Source: an uncultured Gammaproteobacteria bacterium (lineage in GTDB: Bacteria; Pseudomonadota; Gammaproteobacteria; Steroidobacterales; GCA-2729495). Taken from it: 54,764 nucleotides of DNA. The notes under the pieces were generated by a model. That model saw nothing but the letters and a program-made list of their open reading frames with translations, did not search any database and was not told the origin of the DNA. Below are positions 16,078-25,006 of this stretch, in pieces. The DNA is taken from assembly GCA_937958785.1 (NCBI GenBank), contig CALGMY010000141.1:1-54764 (forward strand), given 5' to 3'. Within the stretch, counting starts at the first letter, position 1, and each line of letters begins with the position of its first letter. Both the position numbers and the translations under genes were made by a program.

Positions 16078-17598
16078 TCAGGCGGCGCGTTCGGCCTTGT
16101 GGCAGGTGAACCGGTCGCGACCGGCCCGCTTCGACTCGTAGAGCGCGGCGTCGGCTGCGGCCAGGAGCGCCTTCGGGTCCTCGAAGCGGGTCCCGGAGTC
16201 GCAGGTCGCGATGCCGAGCGACAGCGTGATCCCCACCGACTTGCCATCCGCCGTCTGCGCCTTGCGGGACCGGGCCTCCTGGCAGACCCGCGTGCCCACG
16301 TGGTTCGCCTTCTCGGCATCCACGCCCGGCAGCAGCAGTACGAACTCGTCACCGCCGTAGCGGGCCACCACGTCGGTGTCGCGCAGTGACTCCCGCAGCA
16401 GGCGGGCCACCGTCTGCAGCACGGCGTCGCCGGCCTGGTGCCCGTTGGTGTCGTTGACCTCCTTGAACTTGTCGAGGTCGACGAACACGACCGAGAGTGG
16501 CCAGCCGTTCTTCGTCGCGGCCTCGAACTCCCGGGCGAGGGATTCCTCGAAGAACCGCCGGTTGTGCGCGTTCGTGAGGGGGTCCCGGATGTTCTCGGTC
16601 TTGAGCTCGCTGTTTTCCTCCTCGAGCTGCTTCTTCGTGCCCTTGAGGTCCTGGTTCTCGGCAATGGTGTACAGGTTGCGCACCATCAGCGTCTCGCGGG
16701 CCGCGTCGGTGATGTCCTGCAGCTGGTCCGCGTCGTAGAGCTCCATCTGGAAGAGCTCCTCGGCCACGGGCAACTGCTCCCGGACGAGATCGAACATCTC
16801 ACCCAGGCGGTGTGGCTGGATCCCGAGGAACTTGTGGGCCTGCTGGCCCACGCGACGCAGCGTCACGTCGTTGCGGGCGCCGAGCCAGACGTCGGACAGC
16901 TCGCCCGACAGTGCGACCGTCCGGACGAAGAGCTTGTCGTCGCCCTCGACGCCGGCCGCGCTCGGGTCATGGCTGTGCTGGACGGCCTGCACGAGGCTGG
17001 CGGGCAGCTTCCAGATGCCGAGCAGCGCGGAGCCAATCATCCGGTGGTCGGAACCGATGCAGTTCTGCTCGTGCTGGCAGATCCGCGGGTGCTCGATCTT
17101 GAACGGCGACATGCCGTCGTAGACCTCCGGCCAGAGCTTGAAGATCACCAGCATGCCGAGGTCCTGCAGCAGCGAAGCGAGGAAGATCTCCTCCGCGTCC
17201 CGGCGTCCCAGCTCGCTAGCCAGCAGCTTGGCCCAGGCTGCCGACAGCACCGTCCGGCGCCAGTAGGCCTGGAAGTCGAAGCCCTCGGTCGAGGTCTTCT
17301 TGAGGGCCTGTACCAGCGTGAAGCTGAGGGCGAGGGTCAGCGTGGCATTGAGGCCGAGCGTGATCAACGCCTGGCGCAGGTTCGCGCTTTGCCGGCGCCG
17401 GGCATACATTGCCGAGTTGGCGATGCGCATCACCTTGGCGGCGATCGCGGGATCGGCGCTCACCGCATCGGCCACCTTGCCGAGGTCGATGTCCGGATTC
17501 TGGGCGAGCTGCAGCACCTGCATCGCGACGGGCGGCGGCGTGGGGAAGTTCGTGCAGGTCTTCAGGCGCTGCATGATGTGCTCGGGGATCTGGCTCAT
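16078..17598 (-). CDS. HDOD-domain / GGDEF diguanylate cyclase
   Basis: ATG at 17598 (MSQIPEHIMQRL). N-terminal HDOD-like region (PPVAMQVLQLAQNPDIDLGKVADAVSADPAIAAKVMRIANSAMY), a coiled-coil linker, then GGDEF with an intact RYGGDEF and an I-site RDTD five residues upstream. Confidence 0.85.
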   Translation of the reverse strand: MSQIPEHIMQRLKTCTNFPTPPPVAMQVLQLAQNPDIDLGKVADAVSADPAIAAKVMRIANSAMYARRRQSANLRQALITLGLNATLTLALSFTLVQALKKTSTEGFDFQAYWRRTVLSAAWAKLLASELGRRDAEEIFLASLLQDLGMLVIFKLWPEVYDGMSPFKIEHPRICQHEQNCIGSDHRMIGSALLGIWKLPASLVQAVQHSHDPSAAGVEGDDKLFVRTVALSGELSDVWLGARNDVTLRRVGQQAHKFLGIQPHRLGEMFDLVREQLPVAEELFQMELYDADQLQDITDAARETLMVRNLYTIAENQDLKGTKKQLEEENSELKTENIRDPLTNAHNRRFFEESLAREFEAATKNGWPLSVVFVDLDKFKEVNDTNGHQAGDAVLQTVARLLRESLRDTDVVARYGGDEFVLLLPGVDAEKANHVGTRVCQEARSRKAQTADGKSVGITLSLGIATCDSGTRFEDPKALLAAADAALYESKRAGRDRFTCHKAERAA

Positions 17599-17665
17599 GG
17601 CTCGTCGCTCCGGAGGGCTTGTTCTTGATTGATGTGGCTGGGTTGCTGGTGCTGGAAGTTGCCGC

Positions 17666-18157
17666 TCAGTGCAGTTCCGCCGGGCCGTCCTGGCCCGGGG
17701 CGCGGCCGTAGAGGGTCTGGACGAGGTGGGCCTCGCCCTGGCTGAGGCCGCAGGTGTCGACCAGCTGGCGGGCCGTGGCGCCGTGGCGCGACAGGGCGAT
17801 GGCCTGGCGGAGGCCATTGCGCGTGTTGCCGCCCGTCACGGCGTCCTGGCGGGAGGCAAGCTGGTCCACCCGCTGCCGCAGCTGGATGGCCTCGCTGGCG
17901 GCATCGGCCAGCAGCAGTTCCGTCGCCTGCAGGCGCTGGTGCAGTTCGTCCCAGCGCTCTGCGATGTCCGTGGCCCGCGACGGGCGGGCCAGCCGGCGCG
18001 CGAGCCAGCCGAGCGCGAGCAGGCAGGGTATGGCGGCGATGGCCACGGCCACCGAGGCCGGGGTGGCGGCGGGCAGTGCCACCTCGTTCAGGAGGCCGGC
18101 CGTGCGGGCGAGGGCCTCGTGGAGGGAGGGCAGTGCAAGGTTGTCGAGCGCGGGCAT
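17666..18157 (-). CDS. DUF2802-type flagellar-cluster protein
   Basis: 163 aa. One TM segment, a coiled-coil and a C-terminal helix-turn-helix-like GLSQGEAHLVQTLY. It sits where DUF2802 genes sit at the end of Pseudomonas/Vibrio mot-che clusters. Confidence 0.6.
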   Translation of the reverse strand: MPALDNLALPSLHEALARTAGLLNEVALPAATPASVAVAIAAIPCLLALGWLARRLARPSRATDIAERWDELHQRLQATELLLADAASEAIQLRQRVDQLASRQDAVTGGNTRNGLRQAIALSRHGATARQLVDTCGLSQGEAHLVQTLYGRAPGQDGPAELH

Positions 18158-18166
18158 GGGATTCCC

Positions 18167-18349
18167 CTAGGCAAGTTCGTCGATGTGATGGGTGGAGCCG
18201 TCCGGGTCCTGCCCGGGCGTCTGCTTGCGGTCGTTGCCGGTCTTGTCCTTGTCATCCTGCCGGCGCGGGTCCGGCCGGCGGCGACGGTCCTCCACGCGGC
18301 GGACCCAGTTGGACGGGATGGTGGGCGTGACGTGATCCACGGGTTTCAT
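18167..18349 (-). CDS. Small, highly charged hypothetical protein (60 aa), translationally coupled to motB
   Basis: ATGA overlap with the motB stop. Nearly every codon ends in G or C. The stop lies 9 nt before the DUF2802 ATG. No family recognised. Confidence 0.5.
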   Translation of the reverse strand: MKPVDHVTPTIPSNWVRRVEDRRRRPDPRRQDDKDKTGNDRKQTPGQDPDGSTHHIDELA

Positions 18350-19269
18350 CCGGTCACCTCGCTGGCCAGGCTGGCGGGCTCGGGCGTGGTGGCACCCGCA
18401 GGGACCGCGCTGGCGGGTTCCGGCAGGGCCGCGGGCAGCTCCTCGATGGCCGGTCCGGCGGCGATACCGCCCGGCATCGGGTCTGTGGCGGCAGGTGGCG
18501 TCCCGAGGATCACCAGGGCCACCCGCCGGTTCCGGTTGCGGCCCTCGGTGGTCGAGTTGTCGGCGACCGGCTGGTTCTCGCCCATGCCGGCCACCACCAT
18601 GCGGCTCGCGGTGATCCCGCGCTGCTCGAACAGCCGGACGATGCGCGCGGCGCGGGCGGCGGACAGCTCCCAGTTCGACGGGAACTGCACGGTGCGGATG
18701 GGGCGGTTGTCCGTGTGGCCCTCGATGCGGATCGGGTAGGGGCGTTCCGCCAGGATCGCCGCGAGGCGCTCGAGGATCCCGACGGCGGCCGGCTCGATCT
18801 CGGCGCTGCCGCTCGGGAAGAGGATGTCGGTGTTGATCTCCACCTCGACCCAGGATGGCGCCCGCTGGATGCGGATCATGTCCTGGTCGATGAGGAGCTG
18901 GAGGGCGCTCTCCAGGTCCTCGGTCATCTGGCGGAGCTGGGCCTGGAGGGCCTCGTCCTCCTCGGCGGCCGGCGTCCCGGCGCCCTTCTCGGGAAACTTG
19001 ATGGCCTGGTTGGGCTTCAGGCCGGCGAGCGTATCGTCGCCCTTCGACTTGGCGGGCTTGTCGCCGATCGGCACCGGCTCCATCGTGCGCGGCGTGCCGC
19101 GGAATGCGGCGGTGAGCGAGTCGGACAGCACCCGGTACTTGCCCTCGTTCACCGAGGACACGGCGTACATGACCACGAAGAAGGCGAGCAGCAGCGTCAC
19201 GAGGTCGCCATAGGGAATGGCCCAGGCCTCGTGGTTGGCGTGCTCCTCGTGCTCGTGCTTGCGGGCCAT
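18346..19269 (-). CDS. motB: Flagellar stator protein MotB (OmpA-like peptidoglycan-binding C-terminus)
   Basis: ATG at 19269 (MARKHEHEEH). Plug/TM region with the conserved Asp (AIPYGDLVTLLLAFFVVMYA). OmpA-like motifs: GHTDNRPI, SNWELSAARAA, NRRVALVI. Confidence 0.9.
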   Translation of the reverse strand: MARKHEHEEHANHEAWAIPYGDLVTLLLAFFVVMYAVSSVNEGKYRVLSDSLTAAFRGTPRTMEPVPIGDKPAKSKGDDTLAGLKPNQAIKFPEKGAGTPAAEEDEALQAQLRQMTEDLESALQLLIDQDMIRIQRAPSWVEVEINTDILFPSGSAEIEPAAVGILERLAAILAERPYPIRIEGHTDNRPIRTVQFPSNWELSAARAARIVRLFEQRGITASRMVVAGMGENQPVADNSTTEGRNRNRRVALVILGTPPAATDPMPGGIAAGPAIEELPAALPEPASAVPAGATTPEPASLASEVTG

Positions 19270-19283
19270 GGTCGTGCCGGGCG

Positions 19284-20024
19284 TCAGCCCATGAACCCCT
19301 TCAGCTTCGACTCGAGGTTGCGGGGGTTCTCGCCCTCGGCAATGGCGATGATCCCCTCGATGATCATCTCCTTGGCGTGGGTCTGCTTCTTGATGATGTC
19401 CTTCAGCTTGTTGGCCATCGGCAGGAAGAACAGGTTCGCGAGGCCGATGCCGTAGATCGTGGCGGTGAACGCCGCCGCGATGCCGGGGCCCAGCTTGCTG
19501 GGGTCGGCCAGGTTCTTCATGACCGCGATGAGGCCGAGCACGGCGCCGATGATGCCGAGGGTCGGGGCGTAGATGCCCATGCCCTCGAACACCTTGGCGC
19601 TCTGGGTCTCGGACTTCTCCTTGGCGTCCAGCTCCACTTCGAGGGCCTCGCGGATCTTCTCCGGCTCCGTGCCGTCCACGAGCATCTGCAGGGCCTTCTT
19701 GGCAAACGGGTCGGGCTCGGTTTCCAGGGACGGCTCGAGGCCGAGCAGGCCCTGCTTGCGGGCGGTCTCGCTCCACTCGACCATCTTGGCGATGAGCTTC
19801 TCGTGGTCCTCCAGCGGCGGCTTGAAGATCCAGGGGACGATCTTCCAGGCCCGGGCGAAGGTGGCCTTCGGGGTCTGGATCAGGATCGAGGCGAAGGTGC
19901 CCACCACCACGATGGTGAAGGCGGCGCCGTTCAGCAGGGCGCCGACGCCCGCGCCTTTGAGGACCGCACCGACGACGATCGCCACGAAGGCGAGCACGAG
20001 GCCGATGACGCTCAGGATATCCAT
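19284..20024 (-). CDS. motA: Flagellar stator protein MotA/PomA family
   Basis: 246 aa with four TM segments. GIYAPTLGIIGAVLGLI and AAAFTATIYGIGLANLFFLPMANKL are typical of MotA. Confidence 0.9.
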   Translation of the reverse strand: MDILSVIGLVLAFVAIVVGAVLKGAGVGALLNGAAFTIVVVGTFASILIQTPKATFARAWKIVPWIFKPPLEDHEKLIAKMVEWSETARKQGLLGLEPSLETEPDPFAKKALQMLVDGTEPEKIREALEVELDAKEKSETQSAKVFEGMGIYAPTLGIIGAVLGLIAVMKNLADPSKLGPGIAAAFTATIYGIGLANLFFLPMANKLKDIIKKQTHAKEMIIEGIIAIAEGENPRNLESKLKGFMG

Positions 20025-20770
20025 CAGCGTGTCACCACGGCCCGCGAGTCGAGGGCCTCGTGCATCAGGGCCCGAACCCGGGCGAGGGCCTGCCCGTGGA
20101 TCTGGCAGACCCGGGACTCGGTCACGCCGAGCACCTCGCCGATCTCCTTCAGGTTCAGCTCCTCGTCGTAGTAGAGGGACATCACGAGCGCTTCACGCTC
20201 GGGCAGCGACTGGATCGCCCGGGTGAGTGCCTGCCGGAACTCGTCGGACTCCAGCTCCAGGGAGGGTTCGTTGTCCGGATCCTGGATCTGGTGGACCGGC
20301 ATGTCGCCGTCGTCACCCTCCTGGTCGAGGCTGAAGAGGCGGTGGGCCGCCGCCGCCGTCACGATGCGGAAGTACTCCTCGAGGCCCACGCCGAGCTCGG
20401 CGGCGATCTCGCGGGCGTCTGCCGGCTTGCCTGTCCTGTTTTCCACTGCCTGAATCGCCGCTGTCAGTTCCCGTTGCCTGCGATAGACCGAGCGTGGCGT
20501 CCAGTCCGTGTTCCGCACCTCGTCCAGCATCGCCCCGCGCACGCGGATCCCCGCGTAGGTCTCGAAACTCGCTCCCTTGGCCGGCGAGTACTGGCGCGCG
20601 GCATCCAGCAGCGCGATCAGTCCGACCTGGACCAGGTCATCCTGGTCCACACCGTCCGGCAGCCGCCCACGCAGGTGGTTCGCGATCCGCTTCACGAGCG
20701 GCGCGTACTCCTGCACGAGCACGTCGGGCGACTGCCCGGCGGCGGTGGCATACCGGTTGGCGGGGGTCAT
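20024..20770 (-). CDS. fliA: Flagellar sigma factor sigma-28
   Basis: 248 aa from the ATG at 20770 (ATGA overlap with fleN). Region 2 DLVQVGLIALLDAARQY; region 4.2 LNLKEIGEVLGVTESRVCQIH. Confidence 0.92.
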   Translation of the reverse strand: MTPANRYATAAGQSPDVLVQEYAPLVKRIANHLRGRLPDGVDQDDLVQVGLIALLDAARQYSPAKGASFETYAGIRVRGAMLDEVRNTDWTPRSVYRRQRELTAAIQAVENRTGKPADAREIAAELGVGLEEYFRIVTAAAAHRLFSLDQEGDDGDMPVHQIQDPDNEPSLELESDEFRQALTRAIQSLPEREALVMSLYYDEELNLKEIGEVLGVTESRVCQIHGQALARVRALMHEALDSRAVVTR

Positions 20771-21663
20771 GCCGCGGCGTGCTCCCGGCCGGCGCCGCCG
20801 CCCTTCAGCAGGCGCTCGACGAAGAACTCGATGTTGCCCCGTGCCGCGCGGGGTCCCTCCCAGTTGTCGGCACGGTGGGCCAGCTTCTTGAGGGCGCCGG
20901 CCGCGAGGCTGGTGGGGAACGCCGTCACGAAGGGGGTCTGCAGCTGGACGGCGCGCCACACCCGGTCGTCGTAGGGCACGCTGCCGGCGTGGTCCAGCGT
21001 GACCTGCAGGAAGCGCTCCGACACCCGCAACAGCTTTTCGAAGAGGCTGCGCCCGTCGCCGCCCTGGTGGGTCATGTTGGTGACGATGCGGAACCGCGTC
21101 ACATTGTGTTCGGTGCTGAGGACCTTGATGAGGGCGTAGGCGTCCGTGATCGACGTGGGTTCGTCGCACACCACAACCAGGACCTCGTTGGCTGCCGCGC
21201 AGAAGCGCAGGACCCCCTCCGAGATGCCGGCCGCCGTGTCGATCATGAGGACGTCCAGGTCCTCCGTGAGCTCGCTGAAGGCGTGGATGATCCCGGCGTG
21301 CTGGGCCGGTGCGAGGTTCGCCATCGAGGCGAGTCCCGAGGCGCCCGGCACGACGCGGATCCCCGCGGGGCCGGTCACGATGACGTCCTCAAGCCTGCGT
21401 TCGCCGCTCACCACGTCCGACAGGGAATGGGCGGGCTGCAGGCCGAGCAGCACGTCGACGTTGGCGAGGCCGAGGTCGGCATCAAGCAGCATCACCCGCC
21501 GCCCGAGCATGCTCATGGCGATGGCGAGGTTGGCCGCGATGTTGGTCTTGCCCACGCCGCCCTTGCCGCCGGTCACCGCGAGCACCTTCACGGGCCGCGG
21601 GTTGCGCTGGCGACGGAGGCCCTCGGCCTGGTCGGTCACGGTCTGGCCTTCAGGCGCAAGCAT
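20767..21663 (-). CDS. fleN: MinD/ParA-type flagellar number regulator FleN/FlhG
   Basis: Deviant Walker A GGKGGVGKT, followed by LLDADLGLANVDVLLG. Confidence 0.9.
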   Translation of the reverse strand: MLAPEGQTVTDQAEGLRRQRNPRPVKVLAVTGGKGGVGKTNIAANLAIAMSMLGRRVMLLDADLGLANVDVLLGLQPAHSLSDVVSGERRLEDVIVTGPAGIRVVPGASGLASMANLAPAQHAGIIHAFSELTEDLDVLMIDTAAGISEGVLRFCAAANEVLVVVCDEPTSITDAYALIKVLSTEHNVTRFRIVTNMTHQGGDGRSLFEKLLRVSERFLQVTLDHAGSVPYDDRVWRAVQLQTPFVTAFPTSLAAGALKKLAHRADNWEGPRAARGNIEFFVERLLKGGGAGREHAAA

Positions 21664-22888
21664 GGTCGGCCACCTCCGAGAACTGGCGCGCCAGGGTGTC
21701 CGGGTCCACCACGCGACTCTCCCGGCGCATCAGCTCGACCGCCATCTTGGCGAGCCAGGACTGGCGGTTCTTCATCAGGTGCAGGTCCTCGGGGACGCGC
21801 TGGCCATTCGCCACGTAGGCGAGCGGCAGGCCGGTCCGGATCAGTACCGAGAGGGCGCCCCCAAGCGACGTGGCCTCGTCGGTCTTGGTGAGGATGCACC
21901 CGGCCGGGCGGGCCGTCCGGAACACGTCCACAATTTCCTGCAACGCGCCCGCGGCCGTGGTGGCCGGCAGGGCCAGCAGGGTGGAGACCCGGGTGTCGGT
22001 CGCCGCGAGCCGGGCCAGCTGCTCGGGCAGGCGCCCGTCCCGCTGGCCCATGCCGGCCGTGTCCACGAGGACCAGGCGCCGGTCCTTCAGGGCGGCCAGG
22101 GCCTCGGTCAGGCTCTGGGTATCGGCAGCCTGGGCCACCGGGACCCCCATGATCTGGCCGAAGGTCTCCAGTTGCTCCCGCGCTGCAACGCGGAAGGTGT
22201 CCGTCGTCACCAGGCCCACGGCCTCGGGGCCGAATTGCAGGGCGGCCCGGGCGGCCAGCTTGGCGATGGTGGTGGTCTTGCCGACCCCGGTCGGGCCGAT
22301 GACGGCGTACACGCCGCCGTCGGCCACCAGGTCGCAGGTGGCGATGGGCAGCTGCTCGACCAGGGTCCGCAGGCCGGCGGTCCAGCCGCCCACCGGGTGA
22401 TCGGCCGTGGCCCGGTCCGCCAGCCGGCGCGCAATGTCCGGGTCGAGGCCGAGCTGGGTGTAATGGCGTAGCAGGGTGGCGACCGCGGGTGACTGGCGGG
22501 CGCCTTCGTCCCAGAGCAGGCGGCCGAGCTGGGCTTCCAGCAGGGAGCGGATGGCGCGCATTTCCTCCCGCATCTCGTCGAGTTCGCTGGCGGTGGCCGC
22601 CGTTGCGGCCCGGGGAGGCTGGTACCAGCCGCCGTGGCGGTCATTGCCCCCGTCGATGCGCACCACGGGGCCTTCGTCCTCCCGGCCGCTCGTGCTGGCA
22701 TAGCCGGTCGCCGTGTAGGTCATCGGGGCAGCGGCAGCGGGAACGTCGGCTTCGTCCGTGGCCGCCGAGATCTCGACCCCGGCGCCGGTCCGCGCGGTCT
22801 CGAGGATCACGGCGTCGGCGCCCAGGGCTTCCCGCACCTGGCGCATGGCATCACGCATGTCGGTGCCGGTGAATCGTCTGATCTTCAT
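21650..22888 (-). CDS. flhF: SRP-type GTPase FlhF (polar flagellar placement)
   Basis: MKIRRFTGTDMRDAMRQVREALGADAVIL N-terminus. G-domain motifs GPTGVGKTTT, DTAG, LTKTDE. Confidence 0.92.
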   Translation of the reverse strand: MKIRRFTGTDMRDAMRQVREALGADAVILETARTGAGVEISAATDEADVPAAAAPMTYTATGYASTSGREDEGPVVRIDGGNDRHGGWYQPPRAATAATASELDEMREEMRAIRSLLEAQLGRLLWDEGARQSPAVATLLRHYTQLGLDPDIARRLADRATADHPVGGWTAGLRTLVEQLPIATCDLVADGGVYAVIGPTGVGKTTTIAKLAARAALQFGPEAVGLVTTDTFRVAAREQLETFGQIMGVPVAQAADTQSLTEALAALKDRRLVLVDTAGMGQRDGRLPEQLARLAATDTRVSTLLALPATTAAGALQEIVDVFRTARPAGCILTKTDEATSLGGALSVLIRTGLPLAYVANGQRVPEDLHLMKNRQSWLAKMAVELMRRESRVVDPDTLARQFSEVADHACA

Positions 22889-22907
22889 GGCCTCTTCCTC
22901 TGCTGCC

Positions 22908-24995
22908 TCAGGTGCCGACGGCGGCTATCAGTCGTACGCGCTTGCTGTCCGGGACCTCGTTGTAGGCGAGGACCCGCAGGGTGGGCACGGCGAACCTCAG
23001 GAACCGTGCCAGCCAGGGACGGAGCGTTGGCGCCACCAGGAGGACCGCCGGCTGGCCGGCGGCTTCCTGACGGTGGGCCGTCTCCGCCAGCTGGCCCTGC
23101 AGCTTCTCGGCCAGCGTCGGCTCGATCCCGGCGGTTTCCGCACCGCCCTTGAGTGCTTCTTGCAAGATCTGTTCCAGCCGGGGGTCCAGGGTGATGACCG
23201 GCAGCTCCTCGTTGCCGCCGCTCGCCCGCTGGACGATGGTCCGGCCGAGGGTCACCCGCACCGCGCCCACCAGGGCATCCGGGTCCTGGGTGGCCCGGCC
23301 GTGTTCCGCGAGGGCCTGGCAGATGGCCCGCATGTTCGTGACCGGGACCTGCTCCCGCAGGAGCTCCTGGAGCACCCGCACGATCACCGACAGGGGCAGG
23401 GTCTTCGGGACCAGCTCCTCGATGAGCTTGGGCACCTGCTTGCCCAGCCGGTCCAGCAGTTCCTGGGCCTCCTGGTGGCCGAAGATCTCGTGGGCGTGCT
23501 CGTGCAGGACCTTGGACAGGTGGGTGGCGATCACCGTCGGCACGTCCACCACCGTGTAGCCCCGCGCCTGGGCCTCCTCCCGCTGGCCGGTCTCGATCCA
23601 CACGGCCTCGAGGCCGTAGGCCGGGTCCTTCGCGGGGATGCCGTTGATGCGCTGCTCGATGTGGCCCGGGTTGATGGCGAGCTCCTTGTCCACGTGCACC
23701 TCGCCGGAGGCGACGCCCGAGCCCATCACCGAGATCCGGTAGCCGTTCGCGGGCAGGTCCAGGTCGTCCCGGATCCGGACCGGCGACACGAGGAAGCCGA
23801 GTTCGTCGGACAGGCGCTTGCGCACCCCCTTGATCCGGCGCATGAGTTCCCCGTCCTGCTGGCGGTCCACGAGCGGGATCAGGCGGTAGCCCACGTCGAG
23901 GCCGATCGCATCGGTCTCGACCACGTCGTTCCAGGAGAGGTCCCGGTTGGCTTCCTTGTCCACCACGTCGGGGGCGACGATGTTCTCGGTGACGGTCGCC
24001 TCGGCCGCCTTCCGGCGCTCGATCAGCCAGGCCGCGCCAGCACACACGGCGGCCATCAGCAGGAAGGCGAGGTTGGGCATGCCCGGCACGATGCCGAGCA
24101 GGCCGAGCAGCACCGCCACGACGCGCAGCACCCGCTTGTCGCCGAGCAACTGGGAATACAGCTGGCTGCCCATGTCTTCCGAGCGGGACATGCGGGTGAC
24201 GATCACGGCCACCGCCACAGCCAGCAGCAGTGACGGGATCTGGGCGACCAGGCCGTCGCCGATCGTGAGCAGGGCATAGGTCTCCGCGGCCTGCCCGACG
24301 TCCATGTCGTGCTGGAGGACGCCGATCAGGATGCCGCCGACCAGGTTGATGAACAGGATCAGCAGGCCGGCCACGGCGTCGCCGCGCACGAACTTGCTGG
24401 CACCGTCCATGGAGCCGTAGAAGTCGGCTTCCATGCGCACCTCGGCCCGGCGGGTAACGGCTTCCTGCTGGGTGATGATGCCCGCGTTCAGGTCGGCGTC
24501 GATCGCCATCTGCTTGCCGGGCATGGAATCCAGGGTGAACCGGGCGCTCACTTCCGACACGCGCCCGGCGCCCTTGGTGACCACCACGAAGTTGACGATC
24601 ACGAGGATCGCGAACACCACGATGCCCACCGCGTAGTTGCCGCCGATCACGAATTCGCCGAACGCCTCGATGACCTTGCCGGCCGCATCAGTTCCCGTGT
24701 GGCCATGGAGGAGCACCACCCGGGTCGACGCCACGTTGAGGGCGAGGCGCAGCAGGGTGGCCAGCAGCAGCACGGTCGGGAAGGCCGCCAGGTCAAGGGG
24801 TCGCATCACGTAGACGACCGCCAGGATCACTACCAGCGACATGCAGATGTTGAAGGTGAACAGCGCGTCCAGCACCAGGGGTGGCAGCGGCAGCACGATC
24901 ATGGCCAGCATCGCCAGCACGACCAGGGGCAGGCCCGCGGCCAGCATGGCCGTGCTGCGCAGGGTGCCGAGGATATTGTTGCCGGGGGTTGCCAT
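22908..24995 (-). CDS. flhA: Flagellar export gate protein FlhA
   Basis: 695 aa. FHIPEP region (GAGRVSEVSARFTLDSMPGKQMAIDADL) and a conserved cytoplasmic domain. Confidence 0.97.
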   Translation of the reverse strand: MATPGNNILGTLRSTAMLAAGLPLVVLAMLAMIVLPLPPLVLDALFTFNICMSLVVILAVVYVMRPLDLAAFPTVLLLATLLRLALNVASTRVVLLHGHTGTDAAGKVIEAFGEFVIGGNYAVGIVVFAILVIVNFVVVTKGAGRVSEVSARFTLDSMPGKQMAIDADLNAGIITQQEAVTRRAEVRMEADFYGSMDGASKFVRGDAVAGLLILFINLVGGILIGVLQHDMDVGQAAETYALLTIGDGLVAQIPSLLLAVAVAVIVTRMSRSEDMGSQLYSQLLGDKRVLRVVAVLLGLLGIVPGMPNLAFLLMAAVCAGAAWLIERRKAAEATVTENIVAPDVVDKEANRDLSWNDVVETDAIGLDVGYRLIPLVDRQQDGELMRRIKGVRKRLSDELGFLVSPVRIRDDLDLPANGYRISVMGSGVASGEVHVDKELAINPGHIEQRINGIPAKDPAYGLEAVWIETGQREEAQARGYTVVDVPTVIATHLSKVLHEHAHEIFGHQEAQELLDRLGKQVPKLIEELVPKTLPLSVIVRVLQELLREQVPVTNMRAICQALAEHGRATQDPDALVGAVRVTLGRTIVQRASGGNEELPVITLDPRLEQILQEALKGGAETAGIEPTLAEKLQGQLAETAHRQEAAGQPAVLLVAPTLRPWLARFLRFAVPTLRVLAYNEVPDSKRVRLIAAVGT

Positions 24996-25006
24996 CGCTC
25001 AGGGTC

